Shown here: positions 25,401 through 39,100 of the stretch, piece after piece
How the letters are laid out: each line of letters opens with the position of its first letter
How positions within the stretch are numbered: the first letter of the stretch is position 1
Source: Paraspadella gotoi
Taxonomy: Eukaryota; Animalia; Chaetognatha
Assembly (NCBI GenBank): GCA_051294375.1
Contig: CM119264.1
Span: 15,398,228 to 15,462,227, forward strand
Reading direction: 5' to 3'
Length of the DNA stretch: 64,000 nt
The notes under the pieces: model-generated
Database searches by the model: none
What the model was told of the DNA's origin: nothing
Seen by the model: only the letters and a program-made list of their open reading frames with translations
Translations under genes and position numbers: made by a program

Positions 25401-25868
25401 GATTAATTTTTTTCCTCTAAAAACTTTTATTATCGCCATTTATTCCCAAATTTACATCCAAGATTTTCATGGATTTTTTCCCTAAATATCAATCAGATTA
25501 ATATTATAATTTTATTATTTTATTTTACTTTACTTCATTTTACTTTACTTTAGTCTTTACTTCACTTCGTCAGTCTGATTCAAGTTTCACTTTGTCTTTT
25601 GTCTGGGAATGCTGACAGTGTTTAGAGACGTCGCATTCGATCAAACTGCTCGCTTATGCGGGCTAAAAGTAAAACAAAAGTACCTTTAATAATGTCTTTC
25701 CAGACTTAGCACTTGCTAAAAATTAAACTCGAAAATAAGTTATTTTATTGTTTTATATTTATTATTCTTAATTTTTTTTTTTGTTTCCAAATTTGATTTT
25801 TTTAGTATCAAAATTTGTCGTCAATCCAATTATGCAATTGCGACGATCCTTATGCTTTTAAGATTTTT
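24777..25868 (+). mobile_element. HINE family 2, uninterrupted copy in RASGEF1 intron
   Basis: 5' TTTTATCGTCGCAATCGCTTAGCGTTTGCGACGAT hairpin, (GTC/GTT)n microsatellite, (CT)n tract; 3' ATTGCGACGAT plus CCTTATGCTTTTAAGAT and T-run. Confidence 0.8.
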
Positions 25869-26340
25869 AATTTTAAAATCCTACAAAGTCGATTAAGTTT
25901 GCGTTGGCCATCGTTGCAATATGTTATGAATACGTTTATCATGTGTCAGGGAAGATATGATGGTCAAAGGCGGTAAGTCGCTTTCTAGTAAGCTTAATAA
26001 AAATTAATTTGGTCTCCCCCCAAGAAAAATGTTTTTTGAAGTATAAAATCAGAATTTTGTCATACCATCTTATTCTTATTATACTTAAAACTTTTATTAT
26101 AATTTCTTCTTCCGATTATATTCTTCTTGTTCGTGAGAAAAATGATTAATTTACGTATAACAAACGTTTTTCAAAGAATCTTGTTAAGCGTGACAAACTT
26201 GTGAAAAAAGTAGGAAAATTAAAAAAAGATCGGTAATAGATTTTAAAAATTCAATTTACAATTAAGTTGCTTAAGTCTCGCCTAATGAATCAAATTTATT
26301 TTATGGTTACTCTTTCATTATGATTTAACCTTGTTTTCAG

Positions 26341-26491
26341 TGTTCTTATGAAGGACATCTACTACATCAATCAGGGTTTCCCAGATTTTGTTCCTGAAAA
26401 TGGTCATTTGAACTTCAACAAGTTTTGGCAAATAGCAAAAAGAGTGTCTGAATTCATGTCCTGGCAACAAACAGAATGTCTTTTTGCAAAG
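26341..26491 (+). CDS. RASGEF1: RASGEF1 penultimate coding exon
   Basis: ttgttttcag|T...AAG|gtgaat. Translates VLMKDIYYINQGFPDFVPENGHLNFNKFWQIAKRVSEFMSWQQTECLFAK versus human LLIKDIYFLNEG...NGHVNFEKFWELAKQVSEFMTWKQVECPF. Confidence 0.95.
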
Positions 26492-26548
26492 GTGAATAGA
26501 ATTTTATAGTAAATACAGTCAAAATTCTTATTGGTTATCTGTTTTTAG

Positions 26549-26689
26549 AATGAAGCCATACTCAATTATCTTTCAACATCTGCGATCTACGATGAAGATT
26601 CCTTAAGTCTTGCATCTTACGAATGCGAATCTCCGGACTTCAGTCCTGACAAAGATCATCACAAAACTCTAAAATCTGAGAGACCCTAA
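26549..26689 (+). CDS. RASGEF1: RASGEF1 last coding exon
   Basis: After a 57-nt GT-AG intron; translates NEAILNYLSTSAIYDEDSLSLASYECESPDFSPDKDHHKTLKSERP* (LASYE.E.P motif). AATAAA at 26861. Confidence 0.93.
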   Translation, partial: NEAILNYLSTSAIYDEDSLSLASYECESPDFSPDKDHHKTLKSERP

Positions 26690-28299
26690 AGCTCATCAGC
26701 GAGTTTAATTTTTTTTTGTTTTTAAGAAGTTTTTTACTTCCTATGTATTTAACCCTTTCCAGTTTTACTTATTAAAAAGCAAGTATCTGCCTGAAAACGG
26801 TTAATCCATTCGCTATACAAATGATTTTAATGTTCTTTCAGCCAGCAATCAGTAAGTATTAATAAATGAATTTTCTTTATATCTACCACAATAAATGGTG
26901 ACGCTCGTCAATGACTGGGCAATAATTATTAAAAATAAAAACCATGGATCGATTTGATTTTTTTTTTAATTTTGATTAAATTTGTAACTGCTATTAACTA
27001 ATTAAGAGAAACGAAATTTGGCTTTAATAAGCATGCAATAAAAAATGGCGGTTAATGGTTATCTAAAAATACTCAAAAAGATAAATTGATAAAAATATTT
27101 AGTTTAAATTAAACCCTTACGGCAGATCACACGTGAAATTTTATTATTTAACATGGTCAATGAAAAAGTTTCAGTGATACTTGAGCCACTTTTTAGATTA
27201 ATCCTGATTATACAATACAATGGGCCAGAATTTAATGTTTAAAATTTTTTTTTTTTGAAATTTAAATTTATAAAAATAGATTCTGATAAATATTAAAAAT
27301 TTAGTTAAAGGTTAGTATTAAATTTTGAAAAAATAAAAAATCACCATCATCGTCATCGTTCAATAAATTTGATAGTTTTTATTAATTTTCATGGATATTA
27401 TTAAAATTTAAAAAAGTTAAAATAATAACCTTCATCTAACTAAAAAAAATTAGAATTTTTCTAAAAAAATATTTTATATTGTATAATATTTAGATAATAT
27501 AAAATAACATCCATGCGTTAATAAGATAAATCTTAAATTTAATTTAACAATATATATACTGGACTTCTGTTAGTTTGTTACCTATACATTTATCATTAAA
27601 TATATAAAAGAACTATTTGAGAATTATAGTAATATTGATATTTTAATTTTTAAAAATTAAAAAAATTGTACCCTACACATGACTTTTACAGTGTGTCCTA
27701 ATGGTACTGTCGGTTAACTTTTACATATTATACAGAACTGTGTCATTAAATCTTATTTCTGAGATAAAAATGTCAAAGATAAGTTCTTACCATTTATGAT
27801 ACTATATTTCGAATTTAATTTTTTTTTAAATTTCTTTGCAATTATAATGAGTCTTAGCTTTTAACTTTTTTTAAAAAAAATTTTATCAAAAAAATTATAT
27901 GGAAAATTTTTTTTGAATTGATATAAATTATCTAAATTTTAATTTTGTATGAAATAAGTGCTTTAATAAAAATAAAAATACGTCTATTAAAAAAAATTAA
28001 AATTAATAAAAATATGTTAATTATTTGGATATTTAAGTTTATTATTTTAAGTTTTGAGTGATTGAGAACAAAATGATTGCTATTTATTCAAATATCTTAT
28101 TTAAAAATAATATGAATAAGGTAAATAGATAATTTTAAAAAGAATAAATATTGCATTGTAAAAGCTCTGTAGCTAAAAATATATGGTTGTTTCTAACTGT
28201 CCTACATTTAAGGAAACAATTTAAAAGATTATTTAATAAAGATTGTAAAAAAATGTTACGGAGATCTAGAATATATAATTAAAAAAAATCATTTAGAAA

Positions 28300-28890
28300 A
28301 CATTTTTTTTATTTTCCACAACCAATTTATTTGATTTAATAGCAGACATGTTTTGAACATTATTCTGTTAATCATCAGTGCAATTGTACATTTTGAATCA
28401 CAAAATTTTGTAAGTTAAAGGTTGAGAGAGAGAAGGAGAGAGAGATACTGAGAGAGTGAATCAGAGAGAAAAAGCATCCAACAAAGAATTCAGGGAAAAA
28501 TTAACTATTATAGGGTGAGGACAGTTAGTTTTAGCTCAGAGAGAGATATAGGAGGGAAAGGAAATTAAAAGGATTTAGAAAACAATTTTTTGAATTTTCA
28601 CAACGAATTAATTTGATTTAATAGCAGACATGTACATTTTGAATCTCAAAATTTTGGTAAGTTGTTGTGAGGGAGAGAGAGACACAGAGGCAGCACTGGC
28701 ACTGCTTGGCCACTGACGTGCCAGTGAAGGTCTTCCTTTGCCCCGTGGAGTAGGGACGGGGGAGTTGTTGTGGGGTTTGGGTGGTTAAGGACGAACCACC
28801 ACGCCAGTGAGGAGCGAGTCGTAGCTGGGGGGCAGCTGGATTGCTTCTCTAATACCTCGTGTACCAGTTGTCGTCTCTGGCCAGCATGAG
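28300..28890 (-). mobile_element. Penelope-like element remnant: GIY-YIG endonuclease C-terminus plus tandem pLTRs
   Basis: Minus 28890-28809 reads LMLARDDNWY/(frameshift)RGIREAI-QLPPSYDSLL, like the PLE endonuclease tail IL.RE.NW..R.IREAI...LP..YD.LL with a deletion. Two pLTR ends follow; one has a degenerate hammerhead (28342-28381, GAAAC>AAAAC) and one has it deleted. Confidence 0.75.
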
Positions 28891-30433
28891 TAGGGGTAGC
28901 CGCACTCAATGGGGTGAGTCAAAAATTTAGAGTGAGTACAAGCTCAAACAAAAATTTATACATTTTTAAGTATACTTTCAATGGACAAAAAATTTCTTAT
29001 ATGGCTCTATATCCTAGTAATTAATTTTTTAATATTTAATTATAGATAGGAAAGTTCAAAATTTTTTTATAGAAATTTTAAATTTTAAAACCAGATTCAG
29101 ATAGCTCATAAAAAGTTGTCTACACAAAGTATAATTCTTTTTTAAATATTTTTATGATAAGTAGGTCAAAAATAAGAAAAACCATAAAAAATCGTCATCA
29201 TCATCATCTTTTGATGATTTTATCAGTTTTTTTAAAATTTTTACTAAGAAAACGTAAGAATTTTTAAAAGCTGTAATTATATTTCTTGTTTAACTTTATA
29301 TGCTCTATCAGAATCCATTAAAAAATTTTAAGATTTCAAAAAAAAATTTTTGCTTTATATAGTAATATAATAATTTTAATTAGGCTAGTACCCTCCGAAA
29401 AAATAATTTTTGACAAAAAATATTTTTATACTATAATCTATGCTCATGATAGATTATTTTAACGTTGTATTCATGAGCATTTAAATTTCATCGGCTATGG
29501 CTAGCATGAGACAGTTTCTCTGAAAAGGTGGCCTGTTTCGTGCGCGTGTTCTGCTATAGCTTCTTTTTTCAACTTTCTCTTTTTCACTAACTTCAAATTT
29601 CCCTTTTTTCAGAATACCCCGTGAGCATCGACATAAACGTAAACTTTAGATAGAAAAATGTTTGACGTTTTTTCTGTTCAAATTTTATTTAAATTGATAT
29701 CTATTACCAAATTGAAATAAATTTATTTTGTGAAGATGTCGTGAAATTGATGGCTCATCGCATCTCTTAATAATCAAGCGCAATGAATAATTTTTAGTTG
29801 GATCTGCTTATCAGCAGATTCCGACTCTATAATTCACTTTGTTGGTCTATTGGTCCGCCCCCTCAATCTTGTCAGGCATTCACTTATATCATATATATGC
29901 CGATAACAATTGACTTGATTAATTGATTAAATAATTAATTATTTGTTAAATAATTGATTGATTTAATAATTAATTCATTAATTAATTGACTGATTAATTA
30001 ATTATTGATTAAATAACTAATTGATTAATTAACTGATTATTTGATTAATTAATACATCTTGCATTTACATTTAATATAAAAATAAAAAGAAGCATAATCA
30101 ATTAGTTTTTTCCATTTAAACTCATTTCCACTCAGACGATTCCATCGAAACTCCGCTTGAGCACAAACTTTCCTACCCACATACAAAATTTCAAGTCTAT
30201 CGTCCCATCCACTCATGAGTAATTGGCGTTCAAATTGTGAATTTTTGTTTCCGTTTAAACTCTTTTCCACTCGCACGATTCCATCGAAACTTCATATCTA
30301 GTTCAATCACACATTTCCCTCCTCACACACAAAATTTCATTCCAATCCATCCATCCAATCACGAACAATTGGAGTTTTTTGCTAAGGTGGGACGGACGGA
30401 CATCTTTTTTTTTTGCATAATTTATTGAGGCAA

Positions 30434-31126
30434 AATGGTTTAAGTTCACAACGAATTTTATTTTTCATAGAAAACGTACATGTATCGGCTTTGGATGCAA
30501 GCCTTCTTCAGCGTTATATGATTTGTGAAATTTTGGACAGTTTTTTGTGTGAAAGAAGGGAGAGAGAGAGAGAGAGAGATAGATAGGGCAAAGTTTCCAA
30601 CACAGAGTTGAGAAAAGAATAGTGGTCAAGTGGTGAGGACAGGTTAAGAATGAGGACAGATAAAGATTTTAGTTTTGAATAAGAAATGAAATGGTCTTCT
30701 CACTTTCACATTTCATTTTCACCTTCACTTATTTATTTATTAAATAGTTAATTGTTAATAACAGCTTAAAAACTTTATTTGTTGTACATTTGAAATGTAA
30801 TATTATTTTCTCTCTCCCTGTCTCTCTCTCTCTCCCTCTCTCTCCCAATCTCTCTCACTCTGACCATTTCATTTCTTATTCAAAACTAAAATCTCTATCT
30901 GTCCTCATTCTTAACCTGTCCTCACCACTTGACCACTATTCTTTTTTCTCAACTCTGTGTTGGAAACTTTGCCCTATCTCTCTCTCTCTCTTTCTCTCTC
31001 CCTTCTTTCACACAAAAAACTGTCCAAAATTTCACAAATCATTTGACGCTGAAGAAGGCTTGCATCCAAAACCGAAACATGTACGTTTTCTATGAAAAAT
31101 AAAATTCGTTGTGAACTAAAACCATT
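30434..31126. mobile_element. PLE-derived inverted-repeat cassette with two hammerheads (30473-30515 minus, 31045-31087 plus)
   Basis: ~265-bp arms 30434-30696 and 30862-31126. Minus copy has a perfect stem II (GGCUU/AAGCC) but a GAUAC core; plus copy has an intact core (CUGAAGA...GAAAC-AU-GUA) with a stem II mismatch. Confidence 0.85.
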
Positions 31127-31842
31127 ATAGAGTCGGGATCTGCTTATAAAAAAATCCGACTAAAAAAATATCTTTTGCTTGAGGGATAATTTTTTCTAGC
31201 GATGACGAGTTTGTCTTAACATGTTCGGAAGGCATTTTAAACATATTTCAATCCCATTAATCAATATTTTGGGAATTTAAAAAACATCAATGATTTTTCT
31301 ATCAAATGGTATAAAAATGTTGATAGGTAATGTATAATTAATTTTTACTTAGTCTCAATCGATTAGGCTCACTGGGTAAAACTATATATTTAATTTTAAT
31401 TTACTTTTACTTTCATTTTAGTTTACAACCCATTTATCAATGGTTTTACATTATTCTAATATGTGTGATGGAGGCCTTAAACCACCAAAGCCTGTACAAA
31501 GTCAGGGACAAGAGAGCTTATTTATTAAATGGATGGATAATTTTTATATTGGTTGTACCAATTTCATAAAATTCAGCTCCTTGTATTTTGATGCTAGTGG
31601 GAGTACAATATAGTATTCCCCGATCTAATACTTAAGGGAGTGGTCTTTTCATACAATTGAAACATTCTTTGAAATATTATACCACTTCATTTATAGGGAA
31701 GCCAGGTTCACTGGGAGTGAATAAACAAGTCTGTGAGAGAGGCTTGATTAAAAGCTTGCAGAAACCTGCTATGTTATTATCTTGCAAGTGTGATGCAGGC
31801 CTTAAACCACCAAAGCCTGTCCAAAGTCAGGGACAAGATAGC

Positions 31843-32563
31843 TAGGAGTCTACGTCGTTCTTAGAAATCGAGGAAGACTTTTTCAATGGAGATTTTCATT
31901 AAAATCTGACTACCAAATAATGTTAACGCCCCTGGGAAAAATTCAGGTAAAAATCAGATGTAAAAACACTCGATTCCGATCCTGTTACATCTCAAGGGCT
32001 CGCATTTTTTTTTTCTTGACAATTAACCATCATTTTGACATCAAACCATCAGATTCAAATAGACTGGTCAGCTCGGGAAAATATTTTTGACGCAGTTTTT
32101 ATATATAAAATAAAGGGATTTCTCAACTTCAATACAATGTCAACGCATTTAAGGTATGTTGTCATTTTACAATAAACTTCAAATTCAGGAATCCGATAGC
32201 AATATGTCTGAAGGCTCTCAAAATTTTTCTTCACAATTTATTTGGTTATTTTAATATGATACGATCATGGTAAAGTGAATTAGTCCATTTTGGTGAAATT
32301 TTTATTTAAAGTAAAAGTAAAAGAGGAGCTAACGATCGGAATTCTAAGAGTTTTCAACCGGGAGTCAGATTCGGAAAAATCTTCTATGGCGAAAATCTTC
32401 CAAAGAAGGGGTGGATTTCTGAAGATTTTGGTTAATATTTTCTATATTTATGGTCGGATTTTTTTGAAACTTAACAATAGCAATATTGCCATCAATCTAC
32501 ATTGGCCGGTCAAAGAATATATTAAAAAAACCTCTTGACTTTTTTCGTCAGAGCTTACTCCTA
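31843..32563 (+). mobile_element. Non-autonomous DNA element, TAGGAG...CTCCTA, with TSD
   Basis: AGATAGC duplicated at 31836-31842 and 32564-32570; uninterrupted host sequence CAAGATAGCTTATTT is seen at 49991. Confidence 0.85.
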
Positions 32564-33150
32564 AGATAGCTTATTTATTAAATGAATGGATAATTTTTAT
32601 ATTGGTTGTACCAATTTCATAAAGTCTAATTATTATTATTTCTCCTTTGACCTTTCATTTCCTTTCCCTCCTGTATCAACTGTCCTCACCCTTTAATTGT
32701 TACTTTTTCCCTCAATTTTTTGTTGGAAGCCTTATCTCTCTGATTCTCTCTCCCTCACCCTCTGTGTTTCTCTCTAAGACTCTCTTAACCTTTAACTTAT
32801 AATGCGCTTATGATAACAAATTCAAGTTTTTTGATCTGGTATAGAAGTAGTAAGCTTTTATTAACCGACAGTAACATTGGGACACACTGTATATTAATTT
32901 TTAGCTTGTTTTCCAATGTGTTTAACGCTGAATGAAGCGAGATTACATTTTATTAATTTGTATGTTTTCTCTTTTGAACTGATTTTTTTTTCAAATGTCT
33001 TATAAGTTCAAAAGTCATTGATATTTAAGATAAAATTCAATGTACAGATAAAATTGTGCCTTTTTTAGATCAAATTCAGTTTCTTTGAAAATGAACACTA
33101 CAGAGACTGGATCGATTGCTTCCCTAACATTTTACAATTGAAAAAATAAC

Positions 33151-36100
33151 ATGGCATCTCGATCTGATTCTAGTCTAGATGGTGCAAGAGATCTTGAAGA
33201 GATTGCTACAACTTCATCTCCAAATATCATTGTGAGCAAACGAAACACTGATGGCGAGGTCTTTGTCGCTTTGCCACCATCGGGTCGATCCAGTAGATGC
33301 ATTGTTGCTTCTGGTATCCAATGTCTTAGTTCGGCTAACTCATCTAATAATCCTTGCTCTCAAAAAGAGAGACATATTGATCATTTGCGTGACACATTAA
33401 AAATTATTTCTAATAATTCGCAAGGGGAAAGCCCTGGTTCAGAAATTAACCGAAATATTCCAGTATCTTTTCCACTTTGTTACAATACATTGGTTGGAGA
33501 AATACAACACCTAGATGAATCTATTGAAAAATCTAAATTGCCATTAAAAAAATTACATACTGATGTTGAAATATCCAATCAGAATAATCTTAAAAAGTCA
33601 AATTCCTTACATTTCCCAATAAATGAACATTTTTCTGGTAAAGATGAAAGTCCTTGTAATGGTTTTCCTCGAAAAGTTCCTTATAATTCGGTTAAAATCC
33701 GATCAAGTGACCCTGGAAATATTATTGAAGATGGCAGACAAGTATCAATACCAGTAAGCGACCAAAACGAATCTTCTATCTCTGTATCTGATATTACATT
33801 ACCAAAGAAAACTAAAAATATTCCAAAAGAAGCGAGAAAATCCTCTAGTGATAGCCGAATGGGTGCTAGAAAGAAAAATATGTGTTGTTTAAAAGAAACA
33901 GAAACTGATAAAGCTACGTTTTTTTCATTAAAAAGTGACATACGGGAAACTCAATCATCTGATGGTATTGATACCAAATTTTTTTATCGCGATGCTAATG
34001 GGGTTCATATTGTAAGTAGGTTGATGCAAATTAAAGATTATATAAAACAAACATCTAAAATGATAGAAAGATTAAGTTACAAAACTTGTTCTTCTGTAGA
34101 ACATGTAGATGATATTGCTAAATTGGAAGAATTACGTTCTAATCTTCGTGAGCAAGAAGGTCTGTATTTAAACATTTTGCAGAATCTTGTTCCTATTTCG
34201 CATGATTCCATCAAAACAGATTTTCAAATTTCTGACGTTTCTATTAATAATACTGAAGGAAACCTTTATTTAAGTAATTCAGAAAGTATGAAGACGATTG
34301 AATCCAATGATGGATTAACTAAAAAAGATGATGACATTTTAAAAAAGCAGGCTGCACTTCTAAATAAACTTATTTCACAGCAGAAGCAAATTCAAACCCT
34401 TCAATCTCGTAAGCAAGAGCTGCAGGAATTAACTAAAAATATTAATCTAATCATAGGTGGTACTTGTTTTAATTCGATAGAGGAATTAAATGAATCTAAG
34501 AAAGAAAAATGTTCTATAAATTCTTCCTTAATTGACGAAGAAAGTCCTTCGGGATCTGGTAAAACTATATCATTAGATGTATCTAGATCATATATTTCAG
34601 AAGAAGAATCCACCGGTATGCATACTGGTGATGGCTCAAATGAATCAAACCAATTAACGTTTTCTGTATTACCTGAAGGATCACCTCCTGCAATTCCTCC
34701 AAGAAATAGTTCTTTAAAGCTAAATGAGGTGGATCTTCCTAAAAATAATGAATGCTCGACCATAAGTGGTTTTAGTCTTTCTTCCCAAACGCCCCGACTC
34801 CATGTCCGGACCTGTACAAATGTTACAGATCCTTATGATAATCGAGCTAGAGCAGAATCATTATCTCGGTTACCTTCAGTTCCATCAGATAATGAAAGCG
34901 TTTCTGTTGGACCTTCTATGAGTTTGCATTTGATAAGTGATGCTAATGTGTTTTTTAATGACCAAGAACGTACAGATAATAGCCATGAAACCGCTGCCAT
35001 GTTAAATGCCGCTTCTGCTGTAAAAAGAGCACTTGCTGAGCGTGGTGAATTAGAGTCAAAACTGCAGGACTTGGCTTTTAAAAAATTGCAGATGGATAAG
35101 CTATTACATGCCCTGAATGATATTCAAAGCCAGGTTTATGACAGAGAACTAAATGATGGATCTCCTTTGAATAATACTCGAGAAAAAAAAATTTCTGATT
35201 TGAAAGACATGTTTCATTCAGAAATACCAAAAGAATCTCATTCTCCAAGGCAGGTGACTAAAGAAGCTGATTATGATGATTATGATGCAGAAGAAGGTGT
35301 CTGTACATCGCATCAAACTAAGACCTCAGAATCTCAAGATTTTAACAATGAAAGAATATCGCCTTGGTTCAATCCAAATGATTATCTTTCAAAAGAGCAA
35401 ATCGTAGGACTTATTCAAAATACTAGTTTAGATACAATTTTATCACCTGGAGTAAATGGTCAAGTTCAACGGATAAGCGCTGATGAGCATCCAGATGTGA
35501 GAAGAAATCTGTCTTATCCAGATGAATGTTCAAAATCTATTCAAACTGTGAATGTAGGTGGAACAAAAGCAAAAAAAGAACCCAAAGCTTTTTTGCATAC
35601 AAACTTTCAACCTATACTAGGAACTGATAATGAGTCTAGTCAAAACCGTGATATTTTATCGAATTTGACAGCAAACACAGAACAAGATAATGCACGAAAC
35701 ACTGAACGAGTAGAAGAAGTGCAAAAAAGATTAATTCATCTTCAGACGTTATTAATGCATGCTGAAAGAGTACAAACTGGATTTTCTCAGCAAAATGAAG
35801 AACCTGTTTTTGCTGATTCCCAATCAAGCGAAATCATGAAAGAAAATGAGCAACAAAATGTACCATTTAGTGGTTTAGTAACTGATAATTCTATTCATGA
35901 TTATCCTCATAATTTAAAGGTAAACATGAAAATGAATGAAAGGGCAAATTGTACAACTAATATGGATTCTAAAGGAAAATTGGTCAATAGTTCTATTGCA
36001 TGCGATATTTCTGTAAACCCAAAAATGAAAGGGGGTCCTATTGAGAAGAATGTAAGAAGCATTCAAGCAAAGAGTGTTAATCAACGCAAGTCATCTTGCA

Positions 36101-39100
36101 AAGATATTAATCCTGAAAAAATAAATCCCAATGCTGAATCTGTGAAAGGTCCAAAACAGTCTGAAGGATGTATATCAACTTCATCTGATGAAATATGGCT
36201 TCAAATGCGTCAACATCAAATTCTGCGTGAAGAATTAAGAGCAAGAAGACGCGAACTGGAAAGATTAATGGGTAAGGATGGTGCCCGAGGTATGGAGCAT
36301 TTTTATTCCCGAAATCAAGATATAAGTGACAATTTTTCTATGTCGTTAAGATCTGAACCAGTTGCAGCATCTACGTTAGCTACTTGGGGCGGATCAACTG
36401 AAGAATATAATTTAGATGATGGCGTTCAGCTTGACAGCAATTCTATTACAATACCTGGTGTAGGCTTTACTTCACCAGATTTCCACTCTCTGGTTGACAG
36501 CGGTGTTGGTAATAGAAATGAGGAAAGTATTGAAAAACTACAACCGATACATCAAGCAGATAATGCTTGTCAAGATGATTATAATCACAGTGTTTTATTA
36601 ACTAGTTCTTCACAAGGTGATAAAGGAGAATGTCAACAAGATATAAATCAACTGAGAATTACTCCTTCAGTTATGTATGATGTAGATTCAAGTCCCTGTG
36701 ATGGTGTATCTTCAGGAAGTCAAGTTACAAAGTCTGAACTGCCATCTTGTGAAAAACTGCCCAATTATCAGTGTCCAAAATGCCCTGGACATACAACAGA
36801 GCTATCAGATGTGAAAATGTGCCGAGATTCTTTGTCGCCACTAAATTTTTCTTATGGATTGCAAAGGCCTTTACCCCGTTGCTCCCGACATGAAAAGTCG
36901 TCCTTTTCTTGTTCAGATAAAGCTGATAAAAATAAGCAATTAATGGATAGTTCCTATGTTCCAGGTTTTTTAAATGACCATTTTAAAGAAACTGAAGAGC
37001 AAAAGACTCAGCCGAGAGAATTTACACGACATGTCAATTTTGAATCGGAATCTTTCCCTTATTCACAGTTACATACTAAGCAAACTTGTAAAAATTATAA
37101 GTTTTTTACTGATATGATTCATAGTTTGACTGAATGTTCAACCCAACTTATGGCTCAGCAAGAATCTCTCATCCACTTAAATCAGAATTGTCATTTGTTA
37201 CTTGATTCCTTACTTCAAAACTCGTATAACATTAATTCCTCTGAAATGGGTCATTCTAATGAAATAAAAGCAAATGAAATGCTTGAAAAAAAAATTAATT
37301 ATAATTTTCAGAATCCTCCTGAACGTTATCCAATTTTAGAACCCTTAGGTTATCAGTGTTATTTACATGAACAATTCCAGTCCCAATGTCAGCAATCTTA
37401 TCAGCCTTATCAATGTAGAAAAAAGGGAAACCATAAAAGTTCAAACACGAATTCAAGTCAATTAAATGAAAATAATGACCAAAACATTTTGAAATTGTCT
37501 AAAAGTTCTAGAAAAAATTTTCATAGTTTAAGCCCTGATCAATTTAAATCTGAGAATGAAACTAAGTGTTTCGAAAATGAACCAAATTTGAAACTAAGTA
37601 TTAAAAAAGAATTTTCAGTCCCTTGTGTAGTTTCCCAGCAATTTAAAAAAGGTAATTCAAACAAAGAAGAAATTTTTTCTGATCGACCAAAACAATGTGT
37701 TATAGGTAATTCCCAACCCATTCCAACTGTGTGTTTAAATTATATACCTGAACCAAAAAATTTAAGACACAATAATCCTTTTAATAATAGTAATAGCAAG
37801 ATTTTAAAAAAGTCAAGTACTACATTAAAAATTAATGAGGGCAATGATGCTGTAAAAAAAGATTTTAAATTTTTGTTTGATGAAGGATCTATTCAGACCA
37901 AAAATATTTCAACTACCATAGCTGGAACTTTAGGGAACTCAAAAAAAAAGGGAAATAATACACATGAACATTTACTTGCTAGTTTTAATAATTCTTTACA
38001 ATTGTTGCATTCCCCTCGTAATGAAATAAATCAAAATTCTGTTTTTGGTATTTTACGTGAATCAATTTATTCTGAGGTAGCTTCGCTAATATCTCTAAAT
38101 GAAACGCGTCCAAGCTTTTTATTAGAATTGTTTAAAGATTTACAGCTTCTTTCAACTGATCATTTGAGACAAGAAATTATACAAACTATAAGAATTTTGG
38201 TTGCAAATCATCTAAAGGAATGTGCTTCAAAAAATGAGCAGGTTAGTTCAGATATTGGTTCGCATTTTTCGGAAAACTTTGTAAAGTCAGTTGCCCCTAC
38301 GAAAACAATTCAAGATAGGCCTAAGAAAGATCTACGTTTTATAAAACCTAATGCTAGACATAGTTCTAATAAACTACAACAAAAAACTATAAATTCAGAA
38401 CTTACCCCTTCTGAAAGTCTTACTCTCTCTGAAGATATCGAGATCACTCCTAAGAGTAACAATTTTATACGAGAAAATAAGAAAGACATTCTACATGATA
38501 CTTCTGAGCTTCAGTTGACGAAGAATGAATTTCATGTTAATAATGAAGCCTATGATTATTCAGAGTATGTTGATAATGGGAGTATATTATCAACTCCAGT
38601 TAGTCCCGATGAACCTGATGATACTCATTTACAGCATACCAATGATCCTCCTTTTGCAAGTGAATCATTAGGCGATACTGTTATCCATCTGGACAAAGCT
38701 ATGAAAAGGATGAAAGAATTTGAAAGTGAATTGATTAAAAAAAGTCGATTTTCTGAAAAGCCTGAATATAACCCAAATGAATCTATTTTACCAAAAAAGA
38801 GAAAGAAAAAAATACCGAAATGTGTAAAAGAAAAAAATTGTAATTCAAAAACGTTAAAAAATATTGTTATCAATGATGAGAGAGACAGTTCCCAAGCAAT
38901 TGAATCTGGTAGTTCAATTTCTGTAATTGAGGACTGCAAATCAGATTATAAGCTAAATGTTATAAAGAGTAATACAGAGAAAAAGATGAGGAAAAAAACA
39001 TCAAGATGTACAAAAAGTAAGGCAAAGGATATGAAAACCTCCTGGTCAACTGAAACTTCTGAAATAACATCGTCATCATCGGCTCATGATAGGGGGTCTG

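Larger units (their letters stand above)
27689..32889. mobile_element. Pair of Tc1/mariner-type TIRs (TA-CAGTGTGTCC...) possibly bracketing a 5.2-kb nested cluster
   Basis: 27689-27717 and 32861-32889 are reverse complements with 2 mismatches, each flanked by TA. They could also be ends of two separate copies. Confidence 0.55.
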
